Source: a virus
Lineage: Duplodnaviria > Heunggongvirae > Uroviricota > Caudoviricetes
Reading direction: 5' to 3' (one strand)
Virus record (IMG/VR): IMGVR_UViG_651053022_000007
Location: 28,836 to 92,835 of that record
Length of the DNA: 64,000 nt
Shown: piece by piece, positions 8,992-18,746 of the stretch
Layout: every line of letters begins with the position of its first letter
Position numbering within the stretch: the stretch's first letter is position 1
The notes under the pieces: generated by a model
Told to the model about the DNA's origin: nothing
The model's input: only the letters and a program-made list of their open reading frames with translations
Database searches by the model: none
Made by a program: the position numbers and the translations under genes

Positions 8992-11454
8992 TCAATTCCC
9001 TGTTAATTGCAAAACTTGCTCTTCCAGCTTTTTAACCCTGCGTCTCATCATCGCAGATTCCAGAATCAGAGCCTCTTCATAACGGATACCGTAACATTCA
9101 CCAGCCTCGACGGCTTCGCGTACCAGAACCTTTGTCTGTATAAGTGGGTAAACTCCTGCAGAATGCTCTTCTTCCGTCACATCCCTGTATTCTGCCGGGG
9201 TCTCATTCCACTTGTCATAACAGATAAATGCCAGTCGTGACACATCTATGCCTTCATTCTGAAATACACTGATAACATGCTGCGCAACTGCACCAAAGTG
9301 CCATCTTGCTCCGTCTTTACCTTTCACTTCGATCCTGTCAAGGTACTGGTATGAAACCCATTCCACTCTTTCCCATGCGTCCAGTATTTTCTCATCAATA
9401 ACCTCTGGAGCAGTCTTGAAACGCGCATCGGACAGCACCGTAAACGCTGACTGGGTAAATCCCCCCGACCATGCACGACCAGCCAACCCAAGAGAATAAG
9501 TATTCGTTGTCGATGGTGTCATGGCTGAATCAGAAAACTGTATATATTCTGAATTTCCAGTAGATATTCGAATATTTCCATTTATTAGCGACATAGTGCC
9601 TTTAGTATTATCACTATTGAATAATTTCAATTGCGAACTTATACCGCCTCCCACAGCCAGAGATACATCGCCTTCAGCAAGCATTCTGAATTTATCTGCA
9701 GAAACAAGCGTCTGGTTAGCAAGGTTAAAATATTTAACCCACCATTCAAAACGCCCTGACATAGTCCCAACGTACTGACCAAGCGCAGGGACGTGAACAA
9801 CATTGCTATTTGTAGTGCCGTCTATACTGGAAATACCAGTCACCGCTGATGCAGAACTCAGAATATTATTTCTGTCACCCGGATGTTTAATTTCAACAAA
9901 GTTCCTGATACACCCTTCCTCGAAGGTAACCACGCCGGAAGAACTATACATGGGGAATATTGACGCATAATTACTGCGTGCAGCATCTAAGAAACGAATG
10001 GTTGTAGATGTCTGCAGATCTCCTGATTCATTTTTCCCATCACACCCAGTCATTAGAATATTACTGGCAATATTATTATTTCCCTGAACGGTGACTCCGT
10101 GCGCCTGCTTTGCGTCCGATTCAGAGTAATCAACCAGCACATTCGAAATCAGGTTACCAGTCCCCTTGCCAACAACTACTGCGGCGTATTTTGGGTTGTT
10201 AGCCATTACACTGCTAATGATATTATTCGTTGGGGCAGTTTCCGTCTCAGTTCCATTGTAAACAACGTGCTGACACTCTTCACCAATAACATTGCTGACA
10301 ATGTTATATTTTGCTGCTGTTTTAAGTTCCACTGCACCAAACTGAGGATAATTTCTGGCTATCACACCATCAATTAGCGTATTTTGCGATGAATCAAAAA
10401 GCACACAACCTGCTTTTTTATTATTTGCGAACCCTAAATACTCTCCTCTTATATCTCTAACAATGTAACCTGACGGAATACCATTATTCGGATAAGCGAT
10501 CAAGCTAAATCCTGTTCCTCGCGTATTTGTAAATCTGATATTTTTAACCGATACATCATGGCCACCTGAAAATGACACCTGGTGTCCCTGCACACTATCA
10601 TCTGATTTATTTCCCATAATTGTTAGCGTACTAAGCATGCCACCATCGGGCATGTTAAAAACCAGATGATTACCATCTCTGTCATACTGTTTTATCGTTC
10701 CCCCACCTGTTCCGTACAAGCCACAACGTGAAAGAGAAACTAAAGATGTATTGAATACCCCTTCCGGAACAAAAACACTGCTAAACGAATGTAATGATTT
10801 TGTAAAAGCATCCTTGTTATCATTTAAGATTCCATTTTGAGCTCCAAAATCCTTAATGCTGACACCATCACGCATCTTATCCTGGAACGTTCTGTATACC
10901 GCTCCAGAACCATACTGAATAAACCAACCAAAACCACCAATAACTCCGGCGATTGCAGCATCGACATAATTACGCATTGAGCGATTATTTACAGCGTCCT
11001 GCTCAAGTGATGGATCGGCAAGGTTAGATATTCTGTTTTGCTTTGCATCGTAATATTTTGCAAGCAAAGATGGTTTCATCAATGCACGTCTGAACCACCC
11101 AAAACATCGCTGGATCAGCATCGTCAGGTAGTCAAATGCATCCTCATGAACTTCGGGGAAAAATTTTCCCTGATTGCGAAGATCAGTCTCCTGCACCACA
11201 TCAAGCACACGCTCTATCGTGATTCGCCAGCCAGCAGCAAGCGGCGACGGAAGAACCACTGCACCGCCACTATAAGTTCCCGCCCCTGTTACCGTATAAC
11301 CAGCATCCAGCACTAGTTTTGTAACGTTACCGTTAAGGTCAGACACCTGAACAACCAGGTCGGATTTTTTGAAAATACGGAAGGTATACGGAAATGATGT
11401 CGTAACGCCGTTACCTGTGTATTCGTTGTGGTCAACTTCGGTTGAGACCGTCAT
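8992..11454 (-). CDS. tailspike / tail fibre with C-terminal S74 intramolecular chaperone domain
   Basis: 820 aa; conserved N-terminal head-binding-like segment (NEYTGNGVTTSFPYTF), long beta-rich central part, C-terminal chaperone-of-endosialidase-like domain (DARFKT...GARWHFGAVAQ). Confidence 0.8.
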   Translation of the reverse strand: MTVSTEVDHNEYTGNGVTTSFPYTFRIFKKSDLVVQVSDLNGNVTKLVLDAGYTVTGAGTYSGGAVVLPSPLAAGWRITIERVLDVVQETDLRNQGKFFPEVHEDAFDYLTMLIQRCFGWFRRALMKPSLLAKYYDAKQNRISNLADPSLEQDAVNNRSMRNYVDAAIAGVIGGFGWFIQYGSGAVYRTFQDKMRDGVSIKDFGAQNGILNDNKDAFTKSLHSFSSVFVPEGVFNTSLVSLSRCGLYGTGGGTIKQYDRDGNHLVFNMPDGGMLSTLTIMGNKSDDSVQGHQVSFSGGHDVSVKNIRFTNTRGTGFSLIAYPNNGIPSGYIVRDIRGEYLGFANNKKAGCVLFDSSQNTLIDGVIARNYPQFGAVELKTAAKYNIVSNVIGEECQHVVYNGTETETAPTNNIISSVMANNPKYAAVVVGKGTGNLISNVLVDYSESDAKQAHGVTVQGNNNIASNILMTGCDGKNESGDLQTSTTIRFLDAARSNYASIFPMYSSSGVVTFEEGCIRNFVEIKHPGDRNNILSSASAVTGISSIDGTTNSNVVHVPALGQYVGTMSGRFEWWVKYFNLANQTLVSADKFRMLAEGDVSLAVGGGISSQLKLFNSDNTKGTMSLINGNIRISTGNSEYIQFSDSAMTPSTTNTYSLGLAGRAWSGGFTQSAFTVLSDARFKTAPEVIDEKILDAWERVEWVSYQYLDRIEVKGKDGARWHFGAVAQHVISVFQNEGIDVSRLAFICYDKWNETPAEYRDVTEEEHSAGVYPLIQTKVLVREAVEAGECYGIRYEEALILESAMMRRRVKKLEEQVLQLTGN

Positions 11455-11558
11455 GTTAAATCTCCAGATAGTCGCAGCACCCGTTGCGCCGCATATCTGG
11501 TTATTCTATTACCCAAAAAACCATATATGGATAGAAAGACTGTGAATATGAATAGATA

Positions 11559-11573
11559 TTACCTTTCAGGTAA
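11559..11573. promoter_or_regulatory. operator-like palindrome TTACC-N5-GGTAA
   Basis: TTACCTTTCAGGTAA read directly. Confidence 0.45.
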
Positions 11574-11610
11574 TTTGCAAAACGTGCTGGATAGCAAACA
11601 AATTATTTGC

Positions 11611-11630
11611 TACTGTATAAATATACAGTT
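11611..11630. promoter_or_regulatory. LexA (SOS) box
   Basis: TACTGTATAAATATACAGTT = CTGT-N8-ACAG with AT-rich spacer, about 20 nt upstream of the 11651 start. Confidence 0.6.
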
Positions 11631-11650
11631 ATTGCATGGAGAAGATTAAG

Positions 11651-11908
11651 ATGCAGCAGTATCACTATCCACTGGAAGAGGGATTTACCGAAAGGATTCA
11701 CACGCCGGGAGGCGTCAGGTCACTGGTGGAGGGATCGCACTTGATGAAATTACTCCGGGATCTCGATAAGGATGGATTTAATGTCGATGGCCCACTTGCC
11801 GAACTGACTGCACTGATTAACTACGTCACCAGCTCACAGATGTCTATGCAGGATCTGCAAACACATCTCGACTATTGTGCCGAACAATTACGAAAACAAA
11901 CCAGATAA
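11651..11908 (+). CDS. small protein homologous to the C-terminal domain of Ant; putative SOS-controlled antirepressor-like factor
   Basis: ORF 11636..11908, likely start at MQQYHY (GGAG 8 nt upstream); about 40% identical by eye to the C-terminal 65 aa of 12224..12919. Confidence 0.45.
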   Translation: MQQYHYPLEEGFTERIHTPGGVRSLVEGSHLMKLLRDLDKDGFNVDGPLAELTALINYVTSSQMSMQDLQTHLDYCAEQLRKQTR

Positions 11909-12223
11909 GGTTTGCAATCACCAAATGGAGTGCTTATATTTACCTTTGCGGTAAATTTACAACGCACTCCTCTTGTGCCATAGTAATCGAGCACTGGCAA
12001 AATCCAGTGCCGGGATTGGCGTCCCGGATTACTAAAAGGCGCATTCACCGCGCAAGCGGTTTTTTTATGCGTATAGCACGGCCACATTCGTATTATGGTG
12101 GGCTGTGTGGGGGCACCGAAAGGTGCGCCGGGTCCTTTTAGCCGGTTACGCCAACCCTGCACAGTTCACCACCAACCGATTGGCGTCGGTAGTGGTGATT
12201 AACCAGACTAAAAGGTAACCACT

Positions 12224-12919
12224 ATGACAGCTACAAAAAGCACGTCCATTTTTTCTTTCGAATCCCAAGCCGATATACGGGTAATCGTCATTAATGGTGA
12301 GCCATGGTTTATCGCTTCAGATGTTTGTCGGGCTATAGGCATAGCAAACCATCGAGATGCTGTTCGAAAACTTGATGATGATGAGAAGGGCGTCGCTTCA
12401 ACCGACACCCCTGGCGGTGAGCAAGAATCGATCATCATCTCCGAGTCAGGCCTCTACACACTGATCCTCCGCTGCCGCGACGCAGTGACACCAGGCACTA
12501 TCCCCTACCGCTTTCGCAAATGGGTTACAGGTGATGTTCTTCCTCAGATCCGTCGCACCGGAAGTTACATTAAAAACTCGCTCCCGCAGGAAGAACGCAT
12601 AAAGATGGTTGCCGACCAGGTAGCCAGCGCCACAGCATCAGCAGTGATGCAGGCAATGAAGGTAGAGAACAAAACCTACAGCGCCCCACTGAAGCCCGGC
12701 TACCGCAGCCTGATTCATTCGCCGTCTGGTGTTCTTGGCCTGACGGAGAACTCACTGCTGATGAATCTGCTGAACCAGTTACAGGACGACGGGCATGACG
12801 TATCGGGCGCGGCGGCGGAGCTGACCACCATGTTCTGCTACATCGTCGGTGTGAGCAAATGCCTGCGTGATATCCAGACGCACGCGGAGTACATCAGCGA
12901 CAAAGCAGGGTTCTTCTGA
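12224..12919 (+). CDS. ant: Bro-N domain antirepressor (Ant)
   Basis: 231 aa; N-terminal Bro-N-like region (IRVIVINGEPWFIASDVCRAIGI...SGLYTLIL). Confidence 0.75.
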   Translation: MTATKSTSIFSFESQADIRVIVINGEPWFIASDVCRAIGIANHRDAVRKLDDDEKGVASTDTPGGEQESIIISESGLYTLILRCRDAVTPGTIPYRFRKWVTGDVLPQIRRTGSYIKNSLPQEERIKMVADQVASATASAVMQAMKVENKTYSAPLKPGYRSLIHSPSGVLGLTENSLLMNLLNQLQDDGHDVSGAAAELTTMFCYIVGVSKCLRDIQTHAEYISDKAGFF

Positions 12920-12985
12920 CGGGCGGCGGCACAGGGATGTGCCTTTAAAATAATCATTGGCGATGTGATGTAGATTCGCGTAATA

Positions 12986-13000
12986 TTACCTTAAAGGTAA
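12986..13000. promoter_or_regulatory. operator-like palindrome TTACC-N5-GGTAA
   Basis: TTACCTTAAAGGTAA directly followed by AGGAGG RBS. Confidence 0.45.
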
Positions 13001-13011
13001 AGGAGGCGCGA

Positions 13012-13179
13012 TATGACAGCGTTGAAAAATCGTACTCAGCACAATGAACAAGCCAAGCAATGCTGGGATGTCATTGGAAAAGTTATGCTTGGTCGCGCAA
13101 GCAAAGAGCGCGACAAGGATATGGTTTACCAGACAGGAACATCTTTTAGCGACTTCAAGGCGGCATTTCGCTCCAAATA
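13012..13179 (+). CDS. small hypothetical protein (55 aa)
   Basis: ATG 5 nt after AGGAGG; MTALKNRTQHNEQAKQCWDVIGKV...; not in supplied track. Confidence 0.3.
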
Positions 13180-13200
13180 GAAGCACATCAGGAGTTTTCC

Positions 13201-13644
13201 TTGAAGTTTAACATTAGAATATCTAATAGTTTTCTACATGGGGAAAGCAACACCCCTTTCGCTGTAGACGGACCTTTCCTTACTGATGATGAAATAAAAA
13301 TCATACAAAGGTTTTTAGAGGATGTTGCCAATGGAAGGGCGCTTGTTGGAAAAAACAAGCCATCGTGGGTTGATGATAACCATGATAAAATTCCCGGCTC
13401 AGACAATTATGAGCAAGAGAATTATTGGCATTATCATTGTGGGCCAACATGGTATCCAAACACATTTAAGAATTATACCATTAACTTAAATTTCAACCCT
13501 GGCGGAATGCATTCTAATGAATGCATTCATTATGCAAAAAATGATAATGAAATTGTCATTGTTGGATTTTCAAGAGAACACATACCTTTCCTTTCATCAG
13601 ATGGAAACAACAATCCGCTTTTTAATGATGAAGAAGAAGAATAA
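13201..13644 (+). CDS. hypothetical AT-rich moron protein (147 aa, acidic C-terminal tail)
   Basis: TTG start 8 nt after CAGGAG; low-GC coding region; Cys/His-containing, ends NDEEEE; followed by terminator. Confidence 0.45.
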   Translation: MKFNIRISNSFLHGESNTPFAVDGPFLTDDEIKIIQRFLEDVANGRALVGKNKPSWVDDNHDKIPGSDNYEQENYWHYHCGPTWYPNTFKNYTINLNFNPGGMHSNECIHYAKNDNEIVIVGFSREHIPFLSSDGNNNPLFNDEEEE

Positions 13645-13666
13645 GCCCGCGCTGCGGGCTTTTTTG
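13645..13666 (+). terminator. rho-independent terminator
   Basis: GCCCGC-GCT-GCGGGC hairpin plus T-run directly after stop. Confidence 0.6.
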
Positions 13667-13737
13667 TGGACGAAACAAAAGTCAGTGCTACACTCATTGA
13701 CGCCACATTGAGGTGGCTTATAGATGGAAATTTCACA

Positions 13738-13899
13738 ATGAAAAAAGCATTTGCTGCACTGTTCGTTTTGTTGTCTCTGGTAGCTTCAACTCAGGCCTTT
13801 GCCGGTCGTTGTCAGCACGACAGCGATACTGCCGCTGACGGCTCCCGCTGCGGTGGGCGTTCTGCGGATTCCCGCCCGGGCGGCGGTGGCATTCGTTAA
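13738..13899 (+). CDS. small secreted protein (53 aa) with signal peptide
   Basis: MKKAFAALFVLLSLVASTQAFA then Gly/Ser/Arg-rich mature part with 2 Cys; within ORF 13666..13899. Confidence 0.35.
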   Translation: MKKAFAALFVLLSLVASTQAFAGRCQHDSDTAADGSRCGGRSADSRPGGGGIR

Positions 13900-13935
13900 A
13901 AACAAGGCCGCGAAAGCGGCCTGTGACATGTCACG

Positions 13936-14496
13936 CTACATTGATATATGATTCATAAAGTAGCTTAAAGATTTACTTCCCAGAAAAGAAATTTCTTTTC
14001 CTGGATATGTCGCAATAATTGAGCATGACTTATCCCCGTTAGAGGTAACAAATCCTGAATAACCTACTTGTTCTTTACCATTTTGTTGCTTGGCTAAAAA
14101 GTAGAGGTAGCTTATCTTTTTGCCCTCTGGGTAAAACTCTGCCAAACCAGTATCGGTGATTGAATATTTTATTCTCCCGCCTTGAGTAACGTTTTCCATC
14201 TCAAGTTTAGCTATGTCTTTTCTGTTGTATTCAGCATTGATTTTCCTTTCGAAATCAATGTTGTTTTCAAATGAGTAGGAAGCAACAGTCTGAATAGATG
14301 GGAACACGTTTATCTGGATGCCCCCACAGTCGGCACAGGTATAAAGGTATGAATCAGATGGAATCCCCATAAAAGAAAACTGAGTTACCTTAAATTTATC
14401 GCTATCTCCAAAGTATTGAAGTTCGCATTTAACATTTTGCCCTGCAAAAGAAAATGCAGACATCAATATTGAAACAAAAAATATAATTGCCTTCAT
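13936..14496 (-). CDS. secreted protein with N-terminal signal peptide (186 aa), moron
   Basis: MKAIIFFVSILMSAFSFA signal-like N-terminus; AT-rich; 2 nt downstream of ejection-protein gene on same strand. Confidence 0.55.
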   Translation of the reverse strand: MKAIIFFVSILMSAFSFAGQNVKCELQYFGDSDKFKVTQFSFMGIPSDSYLYTCADCGGIQINVFPSIQTVASYSFENNIDFERKINAEYNRKDIAKLEMENVTQGGRIKYSITDTGLAEFYPEGKKISYLYFLAKQQNGKEQVGYSGFVTSNGDKSCSIIATYPGKEISFLGSKSLSYFMNHISM

Positions 14497-14498
14497 TA

Positions 14499-17051
14499 TT
14501 ATTTACCTAGCATGAACTGCGATGGTGGGATCAGAAAGTCGTTCCCCTGCTCACGCTCAACACGGCGCTGATAACGCTCAAGAGAGCCTGGGTCAAGGGC
14601 ATCTTGTATCCGGTTCAATATTAAACCATTCATCGCCGTACGAAGCCAGAACACGTTGAGGAATGGCGTATTGTCAAGTGCCGTGCGATACCAGTCACCC
14701 AAATCTGCATCCCCTCTCGTGGTCTGCTGGAGCAGCGTGATAATGCTGTCAGCGTTCGATGCTGCTGGCCCCATTAGCGACGTAACCGGCCCGGCCCCCA
14801 TGCGGTTGACCTCACCAAACATGAAGTCACCCAAGATGCCAAGACCGCCCCCCTGAGATGCGGCTGCGAGAAACGTCTTGGCATCTGCCGGGCGTGGTGT
14901 TTGCCCTTTCAGCATGAGTTTTGACTGCATGGAGATATAACCAAACATAGTCGCCCAGACAAAGAGGTTTGCAGCACCAAGGAAAGCCCCCTTCCCGTTA
15001 CGTAGCAGCGCATTCGTCAGCGATCCGGTTTTCGACTCACCAAGCCCAGCAGGAATATAACCACGCCCGAATACTTCGCGTCCTAGTACGTTCTGCATGA
15101 AGCTTGCAGTGAACGATTTGTACTGACCAGCGAATCGTATTGCTTCCCCAGCCACCGTTCCTGGCACCGTGCCCATCTTCATAAACGCCTGCGTGCGATC
15201 GCCAGGCTCTGACATGGCGATATTCAGACGGTCAAGGATGTAGCCGCGCAACTGCCCTTCCAATTGATCGCGTGCGTCAGCGATAGCGCGCTGCGTTGGT
15301 TTGATCCCCTTACTCTCTACATAACCGGCAATCACTTCGTCAGGCACGCCGCGGATGCCGCTGGTCGTCATGAACTTACGACCTTCGCTATCGGCCATGT
15401 CCATGTTGCGAAAAATTTCCCACTCACGTTCGCCAATACCGTGCAGATCCAGCACGCGTCGCAGGTCTTCCGGTAGCCGCGCATGAGACTGGTCAGCATT
15501 CTTTGCAAGCCAGTTGGTTATCATCATGGCGTTGCTGTTGCGACCGCTCTCGGTCCAGAAGTTCATGAGGTTGTACTTAAAGAAAAGCTGCTGCGCGCGA
15601 CCAAGCTTTCCATTCAGCGTGTCATCACCAGATATGCGCCGGATGATTTCCTGCGTCATGGAGTCGGAATAAACTCCGATAGAGGAAAGGATCTCTTTCT
15701 GCTCCGCGCTGTTGTAACGCGTGAAGCGGCCTCTCATAGCACCAAGCAACGCCTGCATAAAATTCTGCCCTTGGTAGCGCATCTCGGTAGCGGCGATAGG
15801 CACGTCGTTAAACGATGAGATTACCGCGCCACCAAGTTGGCTCATACGCAACCAGCCGCGTACAGCCGCCGACGCATTGGCCCAGCCTACGCTGCCAGGA
15901 ATATTTAGCGAGCCGTCAACCTGCGGCATTACGGTACGGTTAATGCGACGCACCTTCGTCATGTAGTCAGCCAACGCTGCCGGTCTTCCGGATTTGCTGA
16001 TATCTTCAGCAATGGCGTCCGTCAGGTACTTAAACATGTTCTGTGGGTTAGTGCCCAGTACGCGCATCATGCCCGTTGTGCGGGCAGCGCTGTTTAAGCC
16101 ACCAAACAGCGCTTCTCGCAGGCTGCCGGTGCCGAATTGCTGGTTGTACTCGTGCCACGAGATACCATCTTTGAAGTGCAAAATTCGCTCTTGGCTGGCG
16201 CGTTTAGCTGCGTTCGCCGATCCCTTAAAGCCATTCATCCAATCGGGCTTTTCAGATGTAAGATGCACGCCGGAAGCCAGCCCGTTATAAATGTTACGCA
16301 TGAACTGCTCGCGGTCAGCCACGCCGTCAAAAGTGCGCTCATCAAGGCGCGGGAGAATAGCATTTCGCCATGCTTCATAACCTGCGGCGCGGATCTTCAT
16401 GATGTCGTGTGACTGGCGCACTATATAGCCCGGCTCTTTGCGTATCCATGCCCCGGCGCGGTTCTCATCAATGCGCGCAGTTTCCTGCCATTTCATGATG
16501 ATTTGTGCAGCGCTTACGGATTGCTTTGTCATACCGTCAGTTGACTGCCCGCGCCCTATGCGCCACATTGCATCGGCAATTTCCCGGTCATTGCTGCCGC
16601 TGGCGATGAATTGCACCAGCCCGGCACGGTCAAAATCGTAGTTGATACCGGAATGATACTTGCCGCGCAGTTGCGCCACCTCCGAAGATACCGACCGGCG
16701 GGCGCCGGTACGCGCATCGTTGCGGCCAACCAGCATTGCTTCAAGCCCGATATCCGGGCGGTCTTTCCAGATAGTACGAAGCTCTCTAAGTCGTTGTGCG
16801 GCAATACGGGCGTCGATTGCCTTATTGCGAGCCTCAATCTGTTTTGCCAGCATATCGGCATTGCTCAGTTCTTCCGCTGCGCGCATCGCGGCCTCTTCCA
16901 GAGACAGCGCCTCATTGGTCGCCAGAATTCGCCTAGTGGTGTCGTTCATGTCACGCACCAGCGACTCCATCTCATCGGAAGAAAGCTCGCGACCAGCGGC
17001 AGCATTTACACTGCGCTCGCACTGCGTCAAAAATTCGTTTGCTGCCATCAC
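14499..17051 (-). CDS. internal virion / DNA-ejection protein
   Basis: 850-aa ORF in series of three large genes between tail and tailspike genes, as for podovirus ejection proteins. Confidence 0.5.
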   Translation of the reverse strand: MMAANEFLTQCERSVNAAAGRELSSDEMESLVRDMNDTTRRILATNEALSLEEAAMRAAEELSNADMLAKQIEARNKAIDARIAAQRLRELRTIWKDRPDIGLEAMLVGRNDARTGARRSVSSEVAQLRGKYHSGINYDFDRAGLVQFIASGSNDREIADAMWRIGRGQSTDGMTKQSVSAAQIIMKWQETARIDENRAGAWIRKEPGYIVRQSHDIMKIRAAGYEAWRNAILPRLDERTFDGVADREQFMRNIYNGLASGVHLTSEKPDWMNGFKGSANAAKRASQERILHFKDGISWHEYNQQFGTGSLREALFGGLNSAARTTGMMRVLGTNPQNMFKYLTDAIAEDISKSGRPAALADYMTKVRRINRTVMPQVDGSLNIPGSVGWANASAAVRGWLRMSQLGGAVISSFNDVPIAATEMRYQGQNFMQALLGAMRGRFTRYNSAEQKEILSSIGVYSDSMTQEIIRRISGDDTLNGKLGRAQQLFFKYNLMNFWTESGRNSNAMMITNWLAKNADQSHARLPEDLRRVLDLHGIGEREWEIFRNMDMADSEGRKFMTTSGIRGVPDEVIAGYVESKGIKPTQRAIADARDQLEGQLRGYILDRLNIAMSEPGDRTQAFMKMGTVPGTVAGEAIRFAGQYKSFTASFMQNVLGREVFGRGYIPAGLGESKTGSLTNALLRNGKGAFLGAANLFVWATMFGYISMQSKLMLKGQTPRPADAKTFLAAASQGGGLGILGDFMFGEVNRMGAGPVTSLMGPAASNADSIITLLQQTTRGDADLGDWYRTALDNTPFLNVFWLRTAMNGLILNRIQDALDPGSLERYQRRVEREQGNDFLIPPSQFMLGK

Positions 17052-18745
17052 ATCCCCCGGTTAATCATACAGGCGGCAAATGCCCGGAAAGCGTTGCTCA
17101 TGCTATTGTCGCTGGCGTCGGCACGAATATCATTGAGTTTCTGGCGCAACGTGGTCGCAAGATCAGGGTTATCGACAGCGATATCGTCAAGCAGGGCGTT
17201 ACTCAGGTTGAGCTCGTTATCAAGGTCTGCAGCGGCAGCGGTAATTTCATGATCTGCCTTTTGCGTTTCTTGATAAACCCGATCGGCTGTTTCGCTTGCT
17301 GGGCGAGCCGTTTCATCAACCTGCCGTGCCGGGTTCTGTATGCGATGGATGGCGCGTTCACGCAGTGCTGGTTTGTGCAGTTCATAGAAGGGCTCAACAT
17401 CTGGGCTACGTCCTTCCATCATGTGTGCCAGCGCAGCGCGATACGCCTGCTGGTTCACGTTCCAGTCAGCATCCCTGATGGCGCTTGCGGCAGTGCGAAC
17501 TGCGCCAGCGACCGGCGACATCTGCATGCCGTCCAGGATCTGCTGCGCACGCTCGGAAATGGTGACTTTCAGGTCGTCGGGGATCTCGCCGCGGGAAATC
17601 TGAGACTGGCGCCAGCGCGCCTGCTCTGCTGTCGCGTTCTGCTCCAGCGATGTGTTGATCTCCTGATTGCGTGCAGCGATGGCGTCTTTCTCGGCCTGAA
17701 TCTCTTTCAGTGCCCTAGAGCGCGCATCCTTAAACTTCATCCGCTGCCCCTGATACTTTTTGGTGCGCTGCTGCAGCGTCGCATCAAGCGAGTCAGCATG
17801 ACGTTGATTAGCCGCAAGCTCGGCACGCAGGTCGGCAACGTTACCGATCTGCCCGCTCTGTAACTCCTGCTGGCGCGCCATATAGTCAGGAACCACGTCG
17901 TCATAAGCTCGGCTGTATGCGTAGCTCTCCGCTTCACTGGAAATGGCCGCCGCCAGATCTGCGTTAGCGCCAACCTCAGGGATATTCACGCCCGCCGGAA
18001 TGTTGTCAGGCGTTATCACTGGGGTTGGCTGCGCATCGCCAGAAAACGCCGGGGACTCTCCCGTTGCAGCATCGGGAACGCGACGCGGTCGCACGATATC
18101 GGCGATAAGGCCGCCGCCGGCATGCATTAGACCGCCAGCCATCGTGTTAAAGAAAGTACTTTCCAACGCGTTGCTATAGGTGAAGTCGTCACCTTCCGCC
18201 GCCGCTGCCAGCCCGGTAAGCGGCACGGTCACCAACGCCTGCGCTGCCCCCATGCGTGCACCAGCAACAAATCGCTCGCCAAATCGGCCAAGCACAGAAG
18301 CCGCCTTTGCTTCTCCAGCGAACGGAACCAGCGCCAGCGCCACGTTACCAGGATCTGCCATTGAACCAGCTAGGCTGGCTGCGAAATTAAGCGGCGTGGC
18401 TACCCACCCGCTCGGTGCCGACATCGCGATCTGCTGGCGTGCCAGAGAATCTTTGCGTTCGGCAATAACATGATCGAGAAAAGCCTGCGTAACGCCAGAA
18501 TCTGGCACGTTTATGCTCTTTACGCCGTACTGCTTCAGGAGCTCATCCGCTTCCTGCTTACTGATAACTGTAGAGTTTGGGTCATTCGCCAGCGAGTCGG
18601 CCTGCGCAAAGCGGTAGCCGGACATGACCGGCCCCTCTTCAAATCCCTGCTTAAGGGAAGAAAGCAGCGATTCGCCAAGCCCTGCTGGCGCGTTGCCAAT
18701 TGGCTGGTTAATTCCCTGTCCCGGATCATCTGTGTAAATTGGCAT
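17048..18745 (-). CDS. internal virion / DNA-ejection protein
   Basis: 565-aa ORF, translationally coupled to flanking large structural genes. Confidence 0.45.
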   Translation of the reverse strand: MPIYTDDPGQGINQPIGNAPAGLGESLLSSLKQGFEEGPVMSGYRFAQADSLANDPNSTVISKQEADELLKQYGVKSINVPDSGVTQAFLDHVIAERKDSLARQQIAMSAPSGWVATPLNFAASLAGSMADPGNVALALVPFAGEAKAASVLGRFGERFVAGARMGAAQALVTVPLTGLAAAAEGDDFTYSNALESTFFNTMAGGLMHAGGGLIADIVRPRRVPDAATGESPAFSGDAQPTPVITPDNIPAGVNIPEVGANADLAAAISSEAESYAYSRAYDDVVPDYMARQQELQSGQIGNVADLRAELAANQRHADSLDATLQQRTKKYQGQRMKFKDARSRALKEIQAEKDAIAARNQEINTSLEQNATAEQARWRQSQISRGEIPDDLKVTISERAQQILDGMQMSPVAGAVRTAASAIRDADWNVNQQAYRAALAHMMEGRSPDVEPFYELHKPALRERAIHRIQNPARQVDETARPASETADRVYQETQKADHEITAAAADLDNELNLSNALLDDIAVDNPDLATTLRQKLNDIRADASDNSMSNAFRAFAACMINRGM

Positions 18746-18746
18746 G

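Noticed and set aside
16611-18473. Plus-strand ORFs of 60-274 aa (16611..17252, 16660..17064, 17039..17863, 17943..18179, 18180..18473) inside the ejection-protein genes
   Set aside because: Antisense to long, well-supported minus-strand genes in GC-rich DNA; low-complexity Ala/Arg/Ser-rich translations typical of shadow ORFs.
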